64,000 bases of DNA. Origin: Callorhinchus milii (Eukaryota). The stretch covers positions 86,492,001 through 86,556,000 of the forward strand of contig NW_024704742.1 in NCBI RefSeq assembly GCF_018977255.1, given 5' to 3'. Below are positions 49,604 to 62,354 of this stretch, in pieces. Position numbers and translations under genes: made by a program. The notes under the pieces are model-generated. The model was given only the letters and a program-made list of their open reading frames with translations. It was not told the origin of the DNA and did no database searches. Within the stretch, counting starts at the first letter, position 1, and each line of letters opens with the position of its first letter.

Positions 49604-52600
49604 TGACAGGAGTCTGTTAAATACGTTGAGCTAGTTTTAAATCCTTCCAGAACAGCTTCCTAAACTATTTAAAGCACCCATGTTGCATGGCAACTTTCTA
49701 AGTAATGCTCATTACCAGTAAAAGTCAAATCTAATTAAAGGGGTATTAACTGGAATTGAGCCTCAAAAAGAACCTTCAGGTTCTAATCACACCTGAGTTA
49801 ACCTTCAGGAAAGGTTTGCAAACTGAGAAGCTACAGTCACAATCAGATTTCCAACTTGTCAATGTGAAAGTGATGGATTTTAGTCCCGACTCTCTTACTT
49901 ACATATTAGTTGCAGTGAAAATATACATTCATTTCAATGTGTACATTTAATTACTTAATTGTTGCCAAAATACATTTTATGCAATTGTAAATGAATAAAA
50001 TTCATTTTTTGCAAACACTCCCAAGAAATTGGACTGATGACTTGAATTTCAGTCTAGACATTCTTGGTTCTCCAAAATTTAGTTCAAATATTGCAAAATT
50101 TATAATTCAGAATAGAGAGTGTTTCTATCTTATACATTTCAGTCAGCTTAATTTACTAGGCATGTAGGGTGTGACTTTTTAATTGCACTTTGATGGCCAA
50201 AGTTAAATTTTGATCTAATAGCCTAGTAATTAAAACACACTGTTTTTTTTAAAAAAAACTCATTGACATAGGCTACAGTAAAGCAAATACAAATAAGTAC
50301 AAAGTTGCTTACCTCTCCATTGACATTGACATTTTATGTGATTTTTTTTCCCAGCCCCTCTAACCCAACTCAGATGTGGCCTTCCTTAACTGGTGTCTCT
50401 AGCTGTATCAGTGTAAATGACTACCAATTTAGTATTTAAGATTGGAAAAGCAAAGTTACATTCTTCTTTGTTGTGGGTTCCTAATATCTGTTACAGCAGC
50501 AAAGCAGCTGCAGTTGTGAAAAAGAGCTTGCTTACGGAACTGAATAGGATGATGGGCACTACAGGGATAGTCGCGTATTCCATTGCAGTTCATTTGTGCA
50601 CAAACAAAACTCTCAATGTTACTTCTTCCCTGGAGAAGGGCACATTTGTGCAATAGGCTTTTAACTACTCTTAAGTCTGTGAGAACTAATCCTATTCAGA
50701 GTGAATGTGACCAGGGTAAGTATTGAATGAAGGGGTGCAATAACGTTAAGTTGAGGACCTCGCCACTAACGCTTTTCCTATGTAAAATGTTGACTTAAAC
50801 GATAATAGAGAACACTGGGTCTATTAACTTTGACCTTGCAAGGAATTAAATTGGGGACTCTTGTTATTCTCACTTGTTTTGTTAGTGTATTTTAATTCAT
50901 TTAAATGATGGTTCCATACATGAAAATTGGATGAAATGTCATTCTTGAATTTGCACAGCCATTCTCGATTTCAGTGGTTTACAATATTTCTGCAGCAAAC
51001 TAGACTACTTCCACTTCTACAGCAATAAAATCACCGTTGATTCACATCTCCAAACTCTCCATTGTGGATCAGTACATGAATTACAGGTTGCCCAATCCTA
51101 ACCCAATTCCCCACCCCTGCTCAAACTTAATACTATAAACTGTCGCATGTTAGTTTTCATGACTTGAACCATGACATTTGTATTGATTTCCTGACATACG
51201 TATGTAAATTTTTTTGCAGTGTATTTCATCCAAATTATTTTGTGTTTTCAATTTTTTTTAAAAAAACATACTCACTAGATATTTGAGCTCCTTTTTCTTC
51301 CCCGTCTCCAAAAAAAAGGAAAAAGGCCTTGTTTTTCATATTTGGGGAATAGGATATTCAATATTAACCCATATTTATATATACAGTATATAAAATATAT
51401 ATTATGAACAATACAGTTCCAATAATAATATGAGGAACAATATTAATACTTAAAACACTAATCACAGAACTATTGTACTGAATGCATAAAATACTTGTCT
51501 AATTTGTCTAAATGTTTTAACTTTGTAAAATAACTAACCAATGAGGGGGAAATGGTCACGCTGACATAAATAATCATAGGCAAAATTAGAAATGTCAAAC
51601 AAATAGTACATTTGGATTTTAGGCATTTTAAAACTAGTGTTGATGGCCAAATTGTACGTGTTTAATACAAGATTATTTTGTGCATGTGCTGCCTAGACAA
51701 AACACAGTGATTGTGTCCTACATCCATAACGTTTTTCAAGGACAAGTGCTGTAGGTTATTATAGGATTTGCCTATCAATATAAATGGAGTTCTGATGGAA
51801 CGGCAGTGCTTAATAAACAAGATTGAGCCATGAGCTGTGCAGAATTCCCAAGTGCACGCTCTACTCTGCACAATAGAAACACTACATGGTAAATGGTTTA
51901 GGCCAGTGGTGTTGGCAACACTAACTGCATGCATCAAGTGCGCATCAATTAAACCTTTGCACCTCCTATGCAAAAAGCATATCTTTAGTGCAGCTGTTAC
52001 TTTGGATCATGATCTTTTATATATGGTTTAAATAAACACAGTTTGTGGTTATTTGTCATTAGTCACGCAGAACTGCCTCTTGCAAAAGGATTATATACAG
52101 AGCGTATGTCCTCCACCCACCCATGGAGTGTGTACCTTCCTTGGAAAATTAATCTTCTTATGCATATCCATTATGCTGTTAGCACTTATGCGTAAACACT
52201 TGAATTATTTGTTTAAAGTCACTTCCATTTGACTTTCATACTCTTGCATTGATAATGTGACAAACATTGTGCAGTTCCTCCTTGTGATTTCAATATCTCA
52301 CATTTTTAGGATAGATTTGTTGATGCAGATCTTAAAAATGATAATAAAGAAGCAATATTGAAACCTCACTCTTAGTACTGTAAAGAAATCGGAAATGAAT
52401 AGATAATGGCAGCTTCAAGGTGATAACCCTTGCATTACATACCTGCAGTGCCTATGACTGCTGGTAGAATGTTGCACTTTTCTTTTTTCCCCCTAAAAAA
52501 TCAGTAGATATTTTCAATTCTTAATGAAGTGGTTTTCATTGGAATTAGTTCTTGGGAGCTTTGTTAATAGTGCTGCTAGTTATATAGGAAAGGTCACCCA

Positions 52601-53845
52601 TCCTAAACTTAAAGTATCCCTTTGTGTGAACTGAAGTGGGCTGCGTAATAAAGATGAATGATAGATCTACAGATTACATTAATATATGTTGGCTTTCAAA
52701 GAAAGAACAAGACGTCTCTATAAACTAAGTGAAATGTTACATTTAATTAAATCTACGCAATAGAAGAATTGCTGCAATTTTAATTAAATCTATTTAACTT
52801 CAGTAGTATAGTTACAGGACGCTTGCATACTAGTGTTGTGGGCATGGATTGGTTGGGTGAGGGGAGAACTAGGTGTTGTGTCTTGTGATTTCTCCACATG
52901 GTCAGTTTGGGTAATCGGATAAACAGAATGTTGAGCAGAGATAATAATAATAATCAGCACTTCCTAGCAGGGAGGAAGGGAAAATTAGTGTTTGTCGCCC
53001 AAGCTGATGTTCCATTCCTCTTTTTGGCCAAACTGGGAACAGCTTTGAGAAAACTCTGGGTCAAATGATTTGTGTACCTTCCTATTCAGCCAGGGAAATG
53101 TGTGTGCTATGGGGGAAGTAACATTGGAAGGGAGTATTTTTCTGGTATATAGGAATGCAAAATAAGGCCACTTTCACCCATACTGTCCAGATCTGATGGG
53201 TACTGAGACTCTGAAACGGTTTATACAAGGAAAGCCTTTTGAATTTTGTTTGAAACATGTCGTAAGAAGGAAAAGGGCTTCACAGTCTGTTTTGACACTT
53301 TTGTGCTTTAAGAATTGATTCAACTTCTGTACAGCAGCAAAAGGGATATTTACATAAAAATACACTTAACCACTGGAATGTGAAATTCCAGTATTTGTGT
53401 TAGTTTTTATCCGTGGCCTTTAGCAAGCCTTTGTAAATATAACCACATCATTCAATATGTTATCAGTAATGTTGCATGCTAGGCCATGTTCCAGTACTAG
53501 GAAGACAGGAAATTCCATAGAGAGAAGCCTCAAAATACAATTTTGCCCTATGCAAGAGGTTTCTTATCTTGTTAGATATCTATGTATGTGCCATTGAGTG
53601 GCAGAAAGTTCTATATTGCTGCTCTATCAAAATAGTATTGTCATATAGTATTGTCATTTATTATTTATTGTTAGATGTATTTTATAGCTGTGTACAGATT
53701 TCAAACCATATTTAGAAAGTGACATACCTATTAAATATAAATTAACTTTGTATTTATTCTGTAGGAGAAATGCTTTTGTTTTAATAAAACTGTTGTAAAA
53801 TGTACCTAATTGTAAATAAAAGTCTTGTTGCAATAAGGCAATGGT
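49604..53845 (+). other. PTAR1: Putative long 3' UTR of PTAR1
   Basis: About 4.2 kb, AT-rich, no TE copies that I recognise; ends at paired AATAAA signals. Confidence 0.55.
53783..53820 (+). terminator. Candidate distal poly(A) signals (AATAAA at 53783-53788 and 53815-53820)
   Basis: Two AATAAA with several TGTA motifs upstream and GT/T-rich sequence downstream. Confidence 0.55.
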
Positions 53846-55354
53846 TTGTTTGATGAACCCAAATCTGCTGAAGGCTTTGAAATGATTTCCTTGCAATCCA
53901 GGTATGTTTTGAGTGTTCCTGAAAGTCACCATGAAACAATAGTGATATTGTTATTACTAGGACTGGTTAGAAGTGAGATTTGTATTTATATACTAATTTT
54001 CCAAGCCAAATCATAATGTTTCCTATGGCTTTACTGGGCCACCTTCCAACCCCAAACTCACTCTCCATTCCAGATCATTTCAGCAACGGGCAGAAGCCAC
54101 TCAGCCCATTATTATCTCCCTCTTTGCACAGATTTATCTTCAAAACTCCTCGCTCTTGCTTTCTGTAAACTTCTTCCCTGTTGTCCCTTGAAGCTGTCCC
54201 CATTCCAAAGATTGTTGAGAATTCTACGAGAGAGAGTCCTCTGGTTCATTGCTGATTTGCAATCAATGTCTGCAGAAATTTCTAGCACAGCTTGCTAGAC
54301 TCGCTGAATGCAGTATCATACTTACATGCACGTCATAAACAAAGCTTAAAATGTAGGTAATTTTGGGTTCCGTAACCATCAACCTTATTTGCAGAATGTC
54401 TTGTGCTTATTTTTGTTTCTAAATGACAAAGGAAAAAGAAAGACCACCACAAATGTAGGAAGTGTGGCTGAGAGGCAAGCTGTGAAGGAGAGTTTTCCTG
54501 TGGAAAAGATCACAAATAAGGATCAATTAGATTAATGATCTTGCTTCTCTCATTCAAATATAGAGAAAAGTCTACTAAAGATATGCAAGATCTCGCATTA
54601 CCTTTCAGCTACAAACCCATCCTGGGCAAATTTGTCCACATTTTTTATATTTGTGCAGTAAAGCTGTGCTAAAAGCCTTCACTTACTGTATTTAATGCAG
54701 TGATTAATCCCCAAGACAGTACTCCATTCCAGTTCATGAGTTTCAATAAAATGATGTTGCTTTAGGGTGACCTCATGGAATGGATCTATATAAAACATTC
54801 TCCTACATAATTCTGACCCATGGAGACAAAATGCCAGTGTGAACACTCCATTATTAGCAATGAAGAGGATAACCAAAGATTTGTCTTTAACAAAATTCTA
54901 TTCGTTAATTTTTACAATAAATAGTGGTCCATTGACTGGAGTCTGCATTCATCAATCAATCCTCACAAGTTCATCCAGAGAGGGTGAGAGGAAATTGGGA
55001 GGTGATTGTAGTGTATTTAAAAAGAACTTTGCAATTAAAGGTCCTAATAATAATAATCATTGCATTTGATAACAATGCCTTATCGTTAAAATGTCTTGAA
55101 GTGCTTCACAGGATTTGTTGTAAAGTGTAATGACCATTTATTTGTTAGCAAAACATATTTGAAATGAACAAAAGGACAACTATTTAATCAGCTCCTTTTC
55201 TGTTAAGGACATTTACTGTGACACTGTAATGTGCTAACATCATTATTAATTTTTATGTTGTCATTTAAATCATTTCTATGTCAGGTTACTTTGGTAAATA
55301 ACTAGTAATATCTGCTTTTTTCTAAGAGCATGATAAATGTGATGTAACCACATG

Positions 55355-55752
55355 TAATAATAATAATCCTTGCCTTTGATATAGCGCCTTATCACGTCGT
55401 TGAGACATCTCAAAGCGCTTCACAGGATATTCTGTGAAGAATAAGTGGATTCTCTGTATATTTTGTGGGTGAATCGCAGCACCAATTATGCACAGCAGCG
55501 TCCCACAAACAGTCATGCCCAGTGACCATATTATTTTAAAAAATATTTTGTTTCGGAAGATTATTACCCCGCGGAAAAGCGATCCACCAATCAACTAACA
55601 ACCAGGTTCCTACTTACTGCTAGGTAAACAGGCGGTTGTGTGTAGCAAGGAAACTTGCCTAAGGTTTTGCCCAGCCCGAGAATCGAAAAGATCCTCTCGC
55701 TTGGGAGGCGAGTGGATCTTTTCGATTCTCGGGCTGGGCAAAAACGCGGACT
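55355..55752 (-). mobile_element. tRNA-SINE (long form) with a rearranged, hairpin-forming head
   Basis: Collinear with 5972-6307; head contains a 30-bp inverted duplication. Confidence 0.85.
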
Positions 55753-56034
55753 ATATAATGGAGGAGGCCTGTGTATCTTCACAGCGTTTTAACTTGGATG
55801 GGAGGGAAATCTGCCATAATTAAATGGCATCCTCTGCAGTGGTTAAAGCCATATTAAATGGTAACCGTGGCCGTGCCACTAAAAGCACGGAAAGAGCTGG
55901 GAGACGAGAGAGAGTGAAAGGCCGGGAATTAACAGAACAACCAAACCATTGAGCGAGCAGAGGGGAGCTTCTGGGTTAGACTCAATTTTTTGGGGGGTTT
56001 GGCCGCGAGGGGGTGGGGGGGGGGGGCAGGTACG

Positions 56035-56370
56035 GGTGACCCACGCGAAAACCCATCACCATGCTTAAAGAGTCTCCAAACCAAGCTGAGAATTTCATGC
56101 ATCCTACCTACACATGGAAATCCCAGAGATAGATTGTTGGAATGGTATGCACGCTCTCCCTGGAGGGATACATCCTGCTTACCTAATTCCAGAGAGTATT
56201 AGGCACAGGTTGGCAAGAGCCAAGGCTTGGGAACCCCAGAGTGCATGTTACGGGTAATTGCTAGAGTCTAACAAGCTAAAACTGCATAGCTTGCCATTGA
56301 GAGCACTGTCTGGCAAGATATCCCGCTGCTTATCCAGCTAGGACCACCCTACCTGTTAGTCGGGGCTTTG
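56035..56370 (+). repeat. Unclassified interspersed repeat (other copies about 13245-13350 +, 41530-41830 -, 63820-64000 +)
   Basis: Shared blocks AAAACCCATCACCATGCTTAA, CATCCTGCTTACCTAATTC and GCTTATCCAG(C/T)T(A/C)GGACCACCCTACC. Confidence 0.8.
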
Positions 56371-57976
56371 GGAGCTCAGAGGGAGAATTCCCTGCCTTCA
56401 ATTCTGGTCAGGTTCAATATTACAGCAATATTACAATATTCCTGGAGCGTATTAGCCACAAGTTGGCGAGAGCCAAGGTTCCAGAAGCCCAGAGTGTACA
56501 TCGGGGGAAACTGCTGGAGTCTTAACCAGCTTTTCAGCGCCTTGGGACGTCCTCATTTTTAGTTTTTCTTCCTTTTCATTCCTCTTCAGTTTTTGACATG
56601 TCCATTTGCTTCCACATATCTTGGATTGTATGTGAAAGCATACACCCCCCAAAAAAACATTCAAATTAATCGCACCTTATTTTATTGCTGTTTGTGGGAC
56701 CTTAACCTCCTTAACAGCCTATATTGCTGCATTCCCTTCAGAGCAACTCCTATTGTTAAACATATTGGGAGGTTTTGATGAGGTAAGATGCTATATTTAA
56801 TGCAAGTTTATTTATTTGTATTTTTCCCCTTTTTCTAATAAATTGTTAAAACTAGGTCCTGTGATTTCAGTGGACATTAAAGGATCCCCTGGTATTATTT
56901 TAAAGTGGGAAGTTTCTCCCAGTTCTCCCATTTTCCTTCTAAATATAAATGGACCCCCAAAACATTAGATTAATTACATCCCTGTTTGTGTGAAGCTAGG
57001 CAATAATTAGCTACTACATTTGTCTACATATAATTAATTTAAATTCTTATTCTCATTTTGAGAAGTGCTTTTTTAGGTATTCATCTTCTGTGAAGTGTGC
57101 CATAAATCATTTACTGTTGATAAGAATTCAACTAAAGAAAGCATGTTACAAAATATGCTGGTACTGAAAAACCTGGATACTGTAACACCAAAGTAGAGCA
57201 AAGACCAGAGATCTCACTTTTGAACTTAGTTACCTTTTACAATATAATGAGTTAAAGAGGCATTCTTCCACATTCAGCTTTTAGGCTGAAATTCATTGAG
57301 TCCTTATGGTTTTATTTCCAGTTGGGTTGTTTAGCTAAATAATGCCTTTATACACCAGACACAGGGTAATGTAGCTTGCCCTCTAGTTCCCATGATAGTT
57401 TGGGTTGTTACCACATTTTAGATAAGATTTCTACTTAACAAAAGAACAACATGGTGTTAAGAAAAATAGGCTGTATTAATAATTCAGACAGTGGAATTAA
57501 CTGAAGCATTAAATAAATACTAATTGAATAATAGAGCTTTTATTTCATGCTTAAAACCCTAGCACTGCATAACTGGTATTAAAGGATTAGCTCTTATTTT
57601 CCAGTAAAAAGCACTAATGTAAAATTTCTGCCACTAACCATGCATAAAATCTGTAAATAGTGAATGATCCTTTCTCCTGAATCTGAGCCTGAACAATCTG
57701 TAGGAAAACCTCCTGCATATTATAACTATTTCCAAATGGCATCAACTATTGCATCAATTGTGATAAAATTCACTGGAGTGCTTGACACTAAACTCACAGG
57801 TAACTGTAATAAATCCTTTATGATAGCAATTGAGGGCGTGCTCCCATTGTTAATTTTGTTTTAATTTAAAGGAAAATTAATCTCATTATAACACAACTAA
57901 AATATAGATAAGTAAAAGTTTACTTTCACATATTTTCGCTGTGAAAATACCTTTCAGCAGTACTCACTAGGCATTT

Positions 57977-58712
57977 GGTGTCAGCCTGGCTCAGTTGGTA
58001 GCATTCTTGTCTGAGTCAGAAGACTCAAGTCCCATATCAGTACATCCTAGGCTGACAGTCTGGTGCATTCTTGGGAGAGTTCTGCGATGTCGAAGGTGGC
58101 ATCATTTGATGAGACTTTAAACTGAGGTCTCCTGCGCCTGTTGATGGAGATGATCCAATGGCATTATTGAAAAAGGGAAGGGAGTTTCTCCCAGTGTCTT
58201 GGGTAGCTGGACCCCAGATAAAATTGGTCATTCGCTTCATTGCAGTTTGTGTTTGTGTAACCTTGCTACGTACAATGTTCGCCTAGAAATACGTAGTCGC
58301 TACCATAGGCGGTGGGTGAAAATATTTTTGGTGGGGGTGTGGGGGGGGCTGAGTAAAACCCAGCTAAAAGGTCAGTCCTCTTTGAGAAAAGGAAAAGGTG
58401 AGCCATTGGCTTGATTGATGGGTGCATCGACCAATCAGAGGTGAAATAATGCCCACCCCCCCCCACCCCCGCAAGTAGCCCACGGGATTGGCAGTGGGCA
58501 GCCGCTGCTGACAAATTGGCAGAGGGTCAAGGGGGGGTCCACGAGATGGGGCTGCTCAGAGCTGTCCCCTTCCCCTTGAAGAGGTGAGCTGGAGTTAGAT
58601 TGGGGGTCGCCCCCTTTAGTCCTAGCCACTCACTGCCTATGGTCACTACACTTTATAGTAACGTTGTTCACATGACATGATAAGGCGCAAAATCAAATGG
58701 AAGAATTATTTC
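57977..58712 (+). mobile_element. Old Deu-type tRNA SINE (shark SacSINE1-like), interrupted by a hAT MITE
   Basis: tRNA head, Deu-like core, tail resumes after 58649. Family assignment from memory. Confidence 0.7.
58304..58641. mobile_element. hAT-type MITE (338 bp)
   Basis: TIRs CATAGGCGGTGGGTG / CACTCACTGCCTATG (13/15 match); 8-bp TSD GTCGCTAC / GTCACTAC. Confidence 0.85.
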
Positions 58713-59269
58713 TGCTTCGGTGATGAAATGTGTTTGTGTAGTTTATTTTTAGTTTGCAAAACACCAGCAGTGTTGTTAAACCATAGGATGTTGACATCAC
58801 TCCAGGAGCAAGGAGTCAATTGTAAAATGTTACTAAATTACATTATTTTTAAACATGTTGCTATGTATCTATTTCTTGGTGTAGTAACAATGCCTCAAAC
58901 ATATACCATTTAGGGTACAGCTTTTGCATGTATCACATTACAGTGATATTTGTGCTATTTTCTATTTATTATTATAATAATAATAATTATTATTATTATT
59001 TTTGATAGAATCCGATATTCAGATCTGGGTTTCTCAACAAAAAGCTATCCATTCACACTCTTCTTTGTTTGGCATTCTTCAATTGAATGAAGCTGGCGTT
59101 TCAACATTTTGCCTTTATTGTATAATGAAAAAGCAGATTCCCTACTATTGCTTTTCTGTTCGGTGTATTTAATATCTTTCTGATTCAGGGTTAAAACTAA
59201 AGCAGTGCTGACTAAGCTAGCAAAAAGTGCCTCCAAACATTTACATGAGTCTAGGTAAGTCTGTGTTCA

Positions 59270-59640
59270 CAGATACATAGACATAGAAACAGGAGTAGGC
59301 TATTCAGCCCCTCGAGACTGTTCCGCCATTTTATAAGATCTTGGCTGTTCTACACTTCAAGTCCAGTTACCCACCCTTGCCTCATATCCCTTAATACACT
59401 GACCTAACACATATTTATCTACCTCCATCTTGAAAAGGTGAATCGATCCAGCATCCACAGTCTTTCGTGAGAGAGTTCCAGATTTCCACTACCCTTTGGG
59501 TGAAAAATTGCCTCTCAATTTCACTCCAAATGGTCTAGCTCTAATTTCAAGATTATGCCCCTATGTTCTGGATTCCGCAACCAGAGGACATAGCTTCTAT
59601 GTATCTATCCTATTGAATCCCTTCCTTATTTTAAAAACCT
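59270..59640 (-). mobile_element. CR1 3' fragment
   Basis: ACATAG repeats and a GGAGTAGGCTATTCAGCCC tail like that at 30636-30700. Confidence 0.8.
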
Positions 59641-59760
59641 CAGTAGTTTTTCAATCAATAGTGTGTTTTCAATTATTTTCTTGATCGAATATTTCTCGAT
59701 TAATGGCATCAATCAAGAAAATGTTTTTTGTTGACCAGTCGGAAAGGTTGGCAACCACTG
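59641..59760. mobile_element. Possible small hAT-Charlie-like MITE remnant
   Basis: CAGTAGTTTT...GGCAACCACTG termini; no matching TSD found. Confidence 0.35.
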
Positions 59761-60212
59761 TTCTAAAGGATTTATATCTCAGCTATCTATGCTTTCCTTA
59801 CTGCTTTGAGAGGGTGCTCATTTTTGACCCATTCTTTTCCATCTTCTTCATGAGTTAGTTTCCTACTTTGGTAATAATATGCTGGGTCATCAGGAGAATC
59901 CTTTATTGACCTTTGATCTTTGACAACTAAAGTTTGGAAGGTCTCTGTATCGGTAGCTATCATCCCAGAGATCAAAACAAGCAACACTAAGCTATGATGA
60001 TTGATGATTTATGAGACTCTTTGAGAAAAGACCTGAAGTGTAAACCAAAATTTCTTCTTTTCATCTCAAACATAATACCAAATGGCTATCCTCTTTACAA
60101 ACCTGACCAACATAAATTTTAGTCCCCTGATGTCCCCCGAAGTGTCAGCAATGATATGCACTAGAGTTGACTTCAAATCAGCTAAAGATAATTCCTATCT
60201 TAATCTCATATC

Positions 60213-60762
60213 AGCATAACAACAACAACAAGATTACATTTGTATAGCGCATTTCACGTCGGGAGGACAAAGATGATCGTGATAATCAAGAAACAGGAAA
60301 ATAAAATTCACTTACCCAGGCTGGTAATTTGCTGGAAGACTGGGCCAATTTATTCATGTAGAAACGCATTAGTAGAGGACAGTATTCTTGGTGGAAAGTG
60401 GATGGATTAACACACATCTCCTCTTAAATGAGCCAGCACAGATATGTTGTGCCAAATGGCCTTCTGTGGTATGAATTGCTAAGGTTCTGTCACCTCCACC
60501 AATCTGTCCCTACACTAGAAGTATAGCCTCCACCTTTCTGATGGCTTTGCTTTTTCACCCGTGGAAATTTGTAGAGCTGTTGAATGTTCATCTTTACATA
60601 TCAGGATCACGGCATGCTCCAGTTGTCTTCTAGGTGGATGAACTCAAATTGTTGAAAGGGCTTGACTAACACAGAAGTCCCCTGGATCTGGCAATTCACC
60701 AGCTCAGGTAAGAGAATATTATTTTCCTGTTTCTTGATTATCATGATCATCTTTGTTATGCT
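60213..60762. mobile_element. Element with inverted terminal arms of about 55-75 bp (MITE-like), carrying nested insertions
   Basis: 60267-60316 is the near-perfect reverse complement of 60707-60756. Confidence 0.7.
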
Positions 60763-60784
60763 TACTGAATTAGAGTATTAGAAT

Positions 60785-61420
60785 TACAACAAGTTACATT
60801 TATATTGTGCCCTTCACCAGGGTAGTGTGTCAGAACGCTTAACAGTGGCTGAGCCTGACACCAAACCGAGGGGAGGGAGGAAGAGACCGTAAGCAAGGTT
60901 GAAGAGGAAGGTCTGAAAATGGGAAGGAGGAGGTAAGGTGAAGCGATTGAAGGGGAGAATTATAATAATAATAATCCTTGCATTTGATATAGTGCCTTAT
61001 TATATCGTTGAAACACCTCAAACTGCTTCATAGATTGTATTGTAAAGTGGATTGATTGTGAATTTTATGGACAGAATAGTTCCAAAGTTTATGGGCATGG
61101 TGTCTGAAAGCATGGCCACCGATGGTGAAGCGGAGGGGATGAGGAACAAACAGGAGGCCAGAGACAGCCAAGCAGATGCAGCGGGTAGTGGAGTGGGGAG
61201 CAAGCAGGTCGGAAAGGTAGGGAGGTACTAGGGATTGAAGGGATTTGTAGACCAGTGTGAAGATCTTAATGTTGATCCATTCTGTGATAGGGAGCCAGTG
61301 GAGCCTGGCAAGGATTGGTGTTATTGGGATACCGTTTAATGTAGGTGAGTACATGGGCAGCAGAGTTTTGAATTAACTGGATTTTGTGGATTGTGGAGCT
61401 GGGCAGACTGGTGAGGAGGG
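60785..61420 (-). mobile_element. L2 3' fragment with a nested SINE tail (about 60960-61070)
   Basis: [17 protein letters not shown]...GGHAF. Confidence 0.8.
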
Positions 61421-62354
61421 CATAATAATGTATCAATTACTGCATCAACTTAGGTTCCTTTTTGACCCTAGTATGCATGATTGCGATGGCTGACCCACGC
61501 TATAATTTGTGTAAGAATCTGATTTAATCTAAAAGAGGAAACCACTCTCCACAGTGGACATCATCCTAAAGACGGATATACAACACACTTTCATGTCTCC
61601 TTTGCAACAGAAAATTGGTTATTTGCAAAAAGAACACAAAACTCATTGATGGAGGTTATATTAGGTTAAACCCTCCTGTACAACATTTGCTGTGTGATTT
61701 CTAAATATGTTTTGAAAGTATTCAATGATGCATACAATTGTGAGACATCCACTTTGCCATGGTAACAGGTATTATCATGACAAATAATTTCTCTTTATAG
61801 TCTTGTAACTCACCTCCAGTCACCTATTATTCTGGGTTACACTATAATAAATAGTAAATTAGACCATTTAAAAGCGGGCAGCTGTCTTGTGATAATTATT
61901 TTATCACAGCCGTTTTACTCTAGCACAGCACTGACCAACCAAACGAAAAGGAGATCAAGGCCTGGCACCTATCAGCCAATACAGAATAAAATCCAATTCA
62001 CTGATGTGAAAGAGCCCCAGAAAAAGATGCGGCTGAAGCAAGCATTGCAGAGAGCAAGTTAATTATGAAACTGTTCAATCAATGTTTTAATAAAACATTT
62101 ATGTAAAGAAATTTCAATATTTAATGTTACAATTTTATCAATTTTATAAATTTCAATGACAAAATGGTTGACTCATGTTTCCAGAAACTAGAAAAACAGC
62201 ATGGAATGTGCACAGTACTCAAAACCTAAATATAAGTCTACTTCAGCCCACGACTTGGTTGTGGGACACTGCTGTGCGCAATTGGCTGCCGCATTTCACT
62301 CACAAAATATACAGTCAATTCACTTCACAGTATATTCCGTGAAGCATTTTGAGA

